The translations under genes were made by a program, and so were the position numbers. A stretch of 32,000 nucleotides of DNA from positions 510,001 to 542,000 of the forward strand of contig CP095464.1 of assembly GCA_021294815.2 (NCBI GenBank), given 5' to 3'. The notes under the pieces are model-generated. The model did not search any database. It was not told the DNA's origin and saw only the letters and a program-made list of their open reading frames with translations. Below are positions 26,364 to 32,000 of this stretch, in pieces. The stretch is from Verrucomicrobiota bacterium (GTDB lineage: Bacteria > Verrucomicrobiota > Verrucomicrobiia > Opitutales > LL51). Within the stretch, counting starts at the first letter, position 1, and every line of letters starts with the position of its first letter.

Positions 26364-28271
26364 TTAAATATTTTGCGCCAGTTGTTTAAGATTGTCACGG
26401 ATAGCTGCGGCGACAACTGATGGACGTAGCGACTCAAAGTGTTCGGGATCGGGTGCGCGCAGGATTGTAACCGGAGCGTCATATCCGGGGCGTGTTTTTT
26501 CAGGACTAGTTGGACCAAAAAGCACAAGCGTCGGAATACTAATAAAGTTCGCCAGATGGACGCCCCCTGTATCGTTACCCACCACCAACCGGCAATGCGC
26601 AAGCTCGTCAAAGAACATGCATAGGTCGGTTTTCCCTGCACGATCAACAATACGCGGATTGTTGGGAAAGCGTTCCTTAATGGCCTGTGTAATAGGAACA
26701 TCCTGTTGACCGCCGAAAAGCACGAACCGCGCATCGATTTGCGGCAAAAGCTCCTGAATTAGTGCGACCCAATGTTCGATGGGCCAACGTTTAGGGCTAT
26801 GATTCGCGCTTCCGCAGATGAGACCGATATCATTGCGCTGCGGAATTCCAGTTTTGATGGCCGTTCGATCGCAGATTCCAGTGTACCCCATCTGGCGTGC
26901 GAAGTAGAGATGATCCTCCATCTGATGCGAGTGCTCTGGATTGGGCAACGTCATCAGAACATAATCGCAGAAAAACGGGCACTTTTTTTTCGGAAACCGC
27001 AACGCGAACGTATGTCGGGCCCCGAGAATCACACCCCCAATGTCACCGCGGACAGAATTATACATGCGTAGACAGATATCGGGCGTCAAGGCCCGAAATT
27101 GCCAAAGCAGCTTGTAGTGAATCGCACCGCGTTTTGGCAAGGACAGAACCTGGTTAACGGGTAGCCCATACCGTTCTCGCAATAGTTCTAAAAAGGGCGC
27201 AAAGTGTGGTTGAGCGACAAGCGAAATCTCTGCCGTCGGATGAGCGTAGCGGACCGCTCGGACAAGCGGTAGGAGCATGACGACATCACCGAGCCAATTG
27301 GGCATGTAGAGAAAAATCTTCGTCGGGCGTAGTTTAGAAGGGTCCGCGATGCTCGGATATTGAGGCAAGCTGAGCCAATCGCTGAGCTGATTGCAGACAT
27401 TCCAACGGTTATGAACCCAGAGCCAGTCGCAGCAGGTAGCGGTATCCGACAAGAGCTTCTTTTCGAGCCATGCATTCATAGCCGTCGTGATGCCGTCGGT
27501 GTTGTAACGTTGGTTGCCAATTTTTGGTTTCAGCGTCAGGCGCTCTACCGTGCAGTGAGCTTGGAAAACACCCGTCCTCTTCGGGAAAAGCATGTAGATG
27601 GGGCCGTGAAATTGTCGGTAGAGTGCATCGGGGAGGTGCGTTGTCGAAGCGAGATGGCCTAAAAAGTCACAAAGGACGCCGGAGCCGCACGCATTTTGAT
27701 CGAAAAGAATGACAACAATCCCCTTATGTTTGAGAATTTTTCGTGCTTCGCGGAGACCTTGATGTCGCGCTAATAATTGAAGGCCAAAGCGCCCACGCGT
27801 TTTTCGGACCCATGCTTCGAGTGCCTTGTTTTTAAAGGGGCGGTAGAGGACACCGATTTCACGCTCTTTGAGCTCCGGTACCAGAAGCGGAAGAACCGTC
27901 ATGGCCTCCATCTGCGAGAAATGGGGAAGGAGGATGATCGTCGGCTGATTTTTAGCGGTTTCGAGGCACTGTCGAATGGAAACGTCGATCGTAAACGCGC
28001 GGCGAATCTTTTCCTCGGAAAGAAAGGGCATAGCCACCGCTAGTAGGCCGAGTTCGACCATTCGGATGGAACTTTGGAGGGCGAGTTTTTTACACTCACG
28101 GCGCGTTTTTCCGGGGAAAGCACCCAGAAAGTTTTCAATTGTAATTTTACGGCGGCGCCGAAAGATAAAGAAAAAAAGACGCCCGACAACCGAACAGATA
28201 AGCGAAATGATCGGGAGCGGAAGGTGTGCGACAATCCAGCCGACACTATTGAGTATCCAGGAGGTGAACAT
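26364..28271 (-). CDS. Fusion protein: LpxL/HtrB-type lipid A late acyltransferase (N-terminal) + family 9 glycosyltransferase (heptosyltransferase-like, C-terminal)
   Basis: 635 aa. Residues ~1-295 carry an N-terminal TM, the PHFSQMEAM (H-x4-E) acyltransferase motif, ILFDQNA, and the family's usual C-terminal block CDWLWVHNRW (compare E. coli LpxL ...YLWIHRRFK). Residues ~315-635 carry KIFLYMPNWLGDVVMLLPLVRAVRYAHPTAEISLV (GT9 N-terminal signature, compare WaaF PSWVGDMMM) and VVGNDTGGVHLANFISIPTLVLFGPTSP (GT9 C-terminal signature). No stop or frame change separates the halves. Confidence 0.75.
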   Translation of the reverse strand: MFTSWILNSVGWIVAHLPLPIISLICSVVGRLFFFIFRRRRKITIENFLGAFPGKTRRECKKLALQSSIRMVELGLLAVAMPFLSEEKIRRAFTIDVSIRQCLETAKNQPTIILLPHFSQMEAMTVLPLLVPELKEREIGVLYRPFKNKALEAWVRKTRGRFGLQLLARHQGLREARKILKHKGIVVILFDQNACGSGVLCDFLGHLASTTHLPDALYRQFHGPIYMLFPKRTGVFQAHCTVERLTLKPKIGNQRYNTDGITTAMNAWLEKKLLSDTATCCDWLWVHNRWNVCNQLSDWLSLPQYPSIADPSKLRPTKIFLYMPNWLGDVVMLLPLVRAVRYAHPTAEISLVAQPHFAPFLELLRERYGLPVNQVLSLPKRGAIHYKLLWQFRALTPDICLRMYNSVRGDIGGVILGARHTFALRFPKKKCPFFCDYVLMTLPNPEHSHQMEDHLYFARQMGYTGICDRTAIKTGIPQRNDIGLICGSANHSPKRWPIEHWVALIQELLPQIDARFVLFGGQQDVPITQAIKERFPNNPRIVDRAGKTDLCMFFDELAHCRLVVGNDTGGVHLANFISIPTLVLFGPTSPEKTRPGYDAPVTILRAPDPEHFESLRPSVVAAAIRDNLKQLAQNI

Positions 28272-29518
28272 TACCGATATTTCTGGAACATTAATGCCGC
28301 GTTTTGTCCGCCAAAACCGAGATTCTCGCTAATAGCGACATTCACAGGTTGCTGAATTGCACGATTGGGAACGCAGTCGAGATCGCAATCAGGATCGGGA
28401 TTTTCGTAATTGACTGTTGGTGGGATAATTCCTGTTTCGATCGCTTTCGCACAAGCAATTGCCTCGATTGCGCCTGCAGCGCCTAGGAGATGTCCCGTCA
28501 TACTTTTGGTGGAACTGATTTTTAAATGTTGAGCGTATTCCTTGAAGACTTTTTTTATCGCGAGCGTCTCTGTTTTGTCGTTGAGCACGGTCGAAGTCCC
28601 ATGCGCATTGATGTAGTCGACATCCTGCGGATTGAGTTTCGTCTCTTGAAGGAGGTTTTTAAGGCAACTGGCAAGGCCGTTCGCTTCTGGATCGGGGCTC
28701 GTCATGTGGTGCGCATCGCCGCTGGCCGCGTAACCGACGACTTCACAGTAAATTTTTGCTTTCCGGGCGAGAGCACTCTCTAGGGTCTCTAATAACAGAA
28801 TACCAGATCCTTCTCCCATTACAAACCCATCGCGTTTGGCATCAAATGGCCGACTAGCACGTTTTGGTGTGTCGTTGAAGTGTGTTGAAACCGCCTTCAT
28901 CATGCAGAAACCCGAAAAACTCAAGCCTGTCATGGAGCCTTCGGAACCACCGGTAAAGATTGCATCGGCTTTACCGAGTTTCAACATATGGTAGGCTTCT
29001 CCGATGGCATGTGAGGCGGAAGAACAAGCCGTGACGACGGAAAAATTGGGGCCTTTGAAGCCGTAGGTAATCGCAACCATCCCCGGGGCGATATTGCAAA
29101 TGAGAGATGGAATCATGAACGGTGAGACCCGTAATGGACCAAGCTCATGAAAGCGCTTAGTCTGATGCTGAATGGTCGTTACGCCGCCAATCCCTGTGCC
29201 AATAATTACGCCAACGCGGTAGGGATCAAAGTTTTTCAAGTCGAAATCCCCATCGTCGATTGCTTTCTGAACCGCACCACAAGCTAAGTGCGTAAACCGA
29301 TCACTATGCCTCGCCTCTCGGGAATCCATATAGTCCTCTGGGCGAAAATCAGATACCTCTGCACCCACTTGACAGGGATAGCCTGTAACGTCAAAGAGTC
29401 GGATTTTAGAAATCCCACTCCGACCCGCGATGAGGTTAGACCAAAGCTCAGAAACACTATGGCCGAGCGACGTAATCGCGCCTAAACCGGTAACAACGAC
29501 TCGGCGTAAATCGCTCAT
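28271..29518 (-). CDS. fabF: 3-oxoacyl-[ACP] synthase II
   Basis: MSDLRRVVVTGLGAITSLG, active-site Cys in VVTACSSASHAIG, the His pair in INAHGTST and SMTGHLLGAAG, and GFGGQNAALMF at the C-terminus. Start taken at ATG 29518 (the track uses GTG 29524). Its TAA overlaps the ATG of the downstream fusion gene (TAATG at 28269-28273). Confidence 0.92.
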   Translation of the reverse strand: MSDLRRVVVTGLGAITSLGHSVSELWSNLIAGRSGISKIRLFDVTGYPCQVGAEVSDFRPEDYMDSREARHSDRFTHLACGAVQKAIDDGDFDLKNFDPYRVGVIIGTGIGGVTTIQHQTKRFHELGPLRVSPFMIPSLICNIAPGMVAITYGFKGPNFSVVTACSSASHAIGEAYHMLKLGKADAIFTGGSEGSMTGLSFSGFCMMKAVSTHFNDTPKRASRPFDAKRDGFVMGEGSGILLLETLESALARKAKIYCEVVGYAASGDAHHMTSPDPEANGLASCLKNLLQETKLNPQDVDYINAHGTSTVLNDKTETLAIKKVFKEYAQHLKISSTKSMTGHLLGAAGAIEAIACAKAIETGIIPPTVNYENPDPDCDLDCVPNRAIQQPVNVAISENLGFGGQNAALMFQKYR

Positions 29519-29527
29519 GCGCACGGG

Positions 29528-29782
29528 CTATGCGAGGCGGCTCTTAATATAATTCACAACGTCCTTGACGGTCAGTAATTTTTCCGCGTCTTCCTCGGGA
29601 ATACCGCCTTCGATTTCGTTTTCAAATTCATCTTCGAAGGCCATCATGAGTTCGACAGTACTGAGGGAATCGGCGCCGAGATCCTCTAAAAACGAGGCAT
29701 CGTCCGTCACTTTATCCTCGCTTACGTTCAGCGAATTGACGATGACTTCTTTAACTCTTTGTTCGATCGATTTTTCGGCCAT
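29528..29782 (-). CDS. acpP: Acyl carrier protein
   Basis: [15 protein letters not shown]...[25 protein letters not shown], with the phosphopantetheine-Ser motif DSL. A small insertion ([12 protein letters not shown]) is present relative to E. coli AcpP. The track ORF adds 7 codons up to 29803. Confidence 0.9.
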   Translation of the reverse strand: MAEKSIEQRVKEVIVNSLNVSEDKVTDDASFLEDLGADSLSTVELMMAFEDEFENEIEGGIPEEDAEKLLTVKDVVNYIKSRLA

Positions 29783-29840
29783 AATATTCAATATTCCGTA
29801 CACATATGAAGTTTCGCGTTTGAAGTCAAGCGACTTTTGG

Positions 29841-31052
29841 CTACGATTTTCGCCCCAGAATTTTGTGTATTTTTTTCAATCCTTGGACAAGGTGATCGAT
29901 ATCCTCTTCTGTGTTATAAGGAGCCAATGAAACACGGGTACATCCGGTGATACCGAGGTGTTGCATAAGAGGGTAGGCGCACTGGTGACCGGCACGAACC
30001 GCGATGCCTTCACTATCTAAAATACTCGCACAGTCATGGGGATGTACATCGGGCTGCGTCCACGCGACAATCGGGATACGACGGTTTTGCGGGCATAAAA
30101 TATAGACCTCTGGGAGTAACCGTTCGAGGAGTTCGTCTTGGAGTTTCTGAAGATACTTTTGCAAAGAGTCCCAGTCTAGGTTATTTAAGAACTGAATTGC
30201 GGCACGAAGACCAGCGACGCCGATAATATTCGGTGTTCCCGCTTCGAAACGCTCTGGAATGGAACGAAAGATGGCCGGTCGACCTGTAAAGATACGTTCG
30301 ACGATCCCGCCGCCAAAACGTACTGGTTGACAATTATTTAAAAGCGCTGATTTGCCATATAAAAATCCGATGCCTGTGGGACCGTAAGCTTTATGAGCCG
30401 ATGTAACCCAAAAATCGCAATCCATTTCTTGGACATCAATCGGGCCATGTAGCAGAGCTTGAGCACCGTCGACGACACAAAGCGCTCCGACCTGATGCGC
30501 CGCTTTTGCAATCCTTTTAACGGGATTGATCGTTCCCAAAACGTTGTGGTACTGCGCGATCGAGACAACTTTAGTCTGCGGTGAGAGTTTTTTTTGAAAA
30601 TCGTCTTCGTCGAAATCCCCCTCCGGCGTCATCCCAATAAAACGCACCGTCGCCGATAGCCGCTGCCAGGGAAGAATATTGGAGTGATGATCTTGGATAG
30701 TGACGAGAATTTCATCTTCGGGAGTGAGATACGTAAACTGTGAGGCAATCCAGTTGAGACCTTCTGTCGCTCCAGAGTTAAAAATAATTTCCCCGGCTGA
30801 AGCTGCATGGATATAGGAAGCAATTGCTTGGCGCGTCGATTCGTACATGAGCTCCGATTGTGTTCCGAGATCATAAACACTGCGATGAATGTTGGCATTT
30901 TGTCTGCGAAAATGTGTGTCAATCGCCTGAATCACGACTTCAGGAACCTGAGTTGTTGCGGCATTGTCTAGATAAAAAAGTGGCTTCCCAAAGCGGTTCT
31001 GGGTCGCTAAGATCGGAAATTGTTGACGAAAAGCCTGTGGATTAAAACCCAT
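29841..31052 (-). CDS. sufS: Cysteine desulfurase, SufS/CsdA-like (class V aminotransferase, group II)
   Basis: [12 protein letters not shown]-Lys block [19 protein letters not shown], catalytic Cys loop [34 protein letters not shown]. Start taken at ATG 31052 ([15 protein letters not shown]...). The track ORF runs to 31169, inside the NUDIX gene. Confidence 0.82.
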   Translation of the reverse strand: MGFNPQAFRQQFPILATQNRFGKPLFYLDNAATTQVPEVVIQAIDTHFRRQNANIHRSVYDLGTQSELMYESTRQAIASYIHAASAGEIIFNSGATEGLNWIASQFTYLTPEDEILVTIQDHHSNILPWQRLSATVRFIGMTPEGDFDEDDFQKKLSPQTKVVSIAQYHNVLGTINPVKRIAKAAHQVGALCVVDGAQALLHGPIDVQEMDCDFWVTSAHKAYGPTGIGFLYGKSALLNNCQPVRFGGGIVERIFTGRPAIFRSIPERFEAGTPNIIGVAGLRAAIQFLNNLDWDSLQKYLQKLQDELLERLLPEVYILCPQNRRIPIVAWTQPDVHPHDCASILDSEGIAVRAGHQCAYPLMQHLGITGCTRVSLAPYNTEEDIDHLVQGLKKIHKILGRKS

Positions 31053-31599
31053 TTTTTTCGAAAAAGTATACCAGCAGTGAGAGCGCCGCAATGCCGTGAT
31101 TAATATTCCCTTCATCGATACATCGACGGCATTCTTCCGGTGAGACGAGCATAATCGAAATTTCTTCATTGGGATCTAAGTGTTGTGTATCGATTCGTTG
31201 ACACTGCTCGATTAAGACGATATGGAGCCGATTATTCATCATCGCCGGATTGGGGTAAAGCGATAATAATTCATGTCCGGGTTCACCGACATAACCCGTT
31301 TCTTCGCGGAGTTCTCGGGCCGCGGCGTGAATCGGATCTTCACCGGCATCCATAATACCTCCGGGAGGTTCGAGCGAAAATTCCTGTGTTCCGAAACGGA
31401 ATTGTTTTACCAGAATAAGCTGCTGTTCCGGCGTTATGGCAATCACCTGCACCCAGTCGTTCGCCTCGATGGTATAAAAAGTCCCGTGACGATGATCGAT
31501 CGGGTGTTCAAACTGCTTCGCATAGACCTGAAAAATCGGGCAATTGAGCACTAATGCTTGTCTTTGCAGTTTCCAACGGCTCGGCATGTCACCTTCCAT
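31042..31599 (-). CDS. NUDIX hydrolase (ADP-ribose pyrophosphatase-like)
   Basis: 185 aa. Nudix box GGIMDAGEDPIHAAARELREETGY (G-x5-E-x7-REUXEEXGU). Overlaps the sufS-like start by 11 nt. Confidence 0.8.
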   Translation of the reverse strand: MEGDMPSRWKLQRQALVLNCPIFQVYAKQFEHPIDHRHGTFYTIEANDWVQVIAITPEQQLILVKQFRFGTQEFSLEPPGGIMDAGEDPIHAAARELREETGYVGEPGHELLSLYPNPAMMNNRLHIVLIEQCQRIDTQHLDPNEEISIMLVSPEECRRCIDEGNINHGIAALSLLVYFFEKNGF

Positions 31600-31737
31600 A
31601 AGGTGCGTACTGTTCGCAGATCGGGTTCACGAGTCAATCAAAATTCAAACGACGCTAACATATCGATTAGGAAATCCCGTATTCGGTATGAGAATTACGT
31701 TGAAATCCGTCTCCGTTGTTGCTACTTGTTGGAATAC

Positions 31738-32000
31738 ATGAGGTTGACAAAATATGAGCCCGGAAGTTTTGCCGAAATTTGGACCCTTGCGTGGCCAATG
31801 GTCCTCGCTGCGATGTCAAACTACCTCATGAGTCTTGTCGATCGCTCATTTTTAGGGCGGTACTCGACGGAGGCGATGGTTGCTGCAACGGGCGCCTACA
31901 CCGTTTATTGGACACACGTACGAACGATGATGTCGTTTATCGCGATGGCGACGGTGATTGTCAGTCAATGTCATGGTGCGCACAGTTATCGTCAAATTGG
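31738..32000 (+). CDS. MATE-family efflux transporter, N-terminal fragment (continues past the right window edge)
   Basis: My translation from the ATG at 31738 reads MRLTKYEPGSFAEIWTLAWPMVLAAMSNYLMSLVDRSFLGRYSTEAMVAATGAYTVYW...VIVSQCHGAHSYRQI. This is the typical MATE opening (..i..la.P....l...l...vd..flg.....laa...) plus the later SQ..GA motif. Confidence 0.65.
   Translation, partial: MRLTKYEPGSFAEIWTLAWPMVLAAMSNYLMSLVDRSFLGRYSTEAMVAATGAYTVYWTHVRTMMSFIAMATVIVSQCHGAHSYRQI

Overview
This 32-kb chromosomal segment is gene-dense and mostly housekeeping. It has no rRNA, tRNA, CRISPR or mobile-element signatures that I can see. Strand blocks are 1-6606 (-), 6748-12998 (+), atpA (-), 14684-20792 (+), 20837-31599 (-) and 31738-end (+). 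Recognisable genes are recA (partial), ldh, fabI, fbaB (class I DhnA-type aldolase), mpl, a KAS III-like gene, atpA (alone), trmD, rplS, prmC, gyrB-gyrA, acpP-fabF, sufS-like, a NUDIX hydrolase, a MarC-family protein and a partial MATE transporter. Injectisome (non-flagellar type III secretion) parts are scattered among them. sctS-sctT-sctU lie directly downstream of trmD-rplS-(FliO-like)-prmC, with no sctR in the window. A CesT/Slc1-like class I chaperone sits just upstream of gyrBA. This dispersed layout, the YscS/YscU/CdsU-like sequences and the trmD/rplS/prmC neighbourhood suggest a chlamydia-related or other PVC-group genome. That taxonomic guess is inference only. The main unexplained element is a monocistronic 1,849-aa ORF (6748-12297). 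It has a Sec-like signal peptide, an unrecognised ~400-aa N-terminal domain, about six divergent 93-146-aa helical modules, Gly6 and Pro10 tracts and a basic Ser/Arg tail. Other points worth a second look are a FliO-like gene next to injectisome-type gate genes, an NPEH variant of the SctU NPTH autocleavage site, an LpxL::GT9 fusion coupled to acpP-fabF, and an orphan, possibly leaderless atpA.
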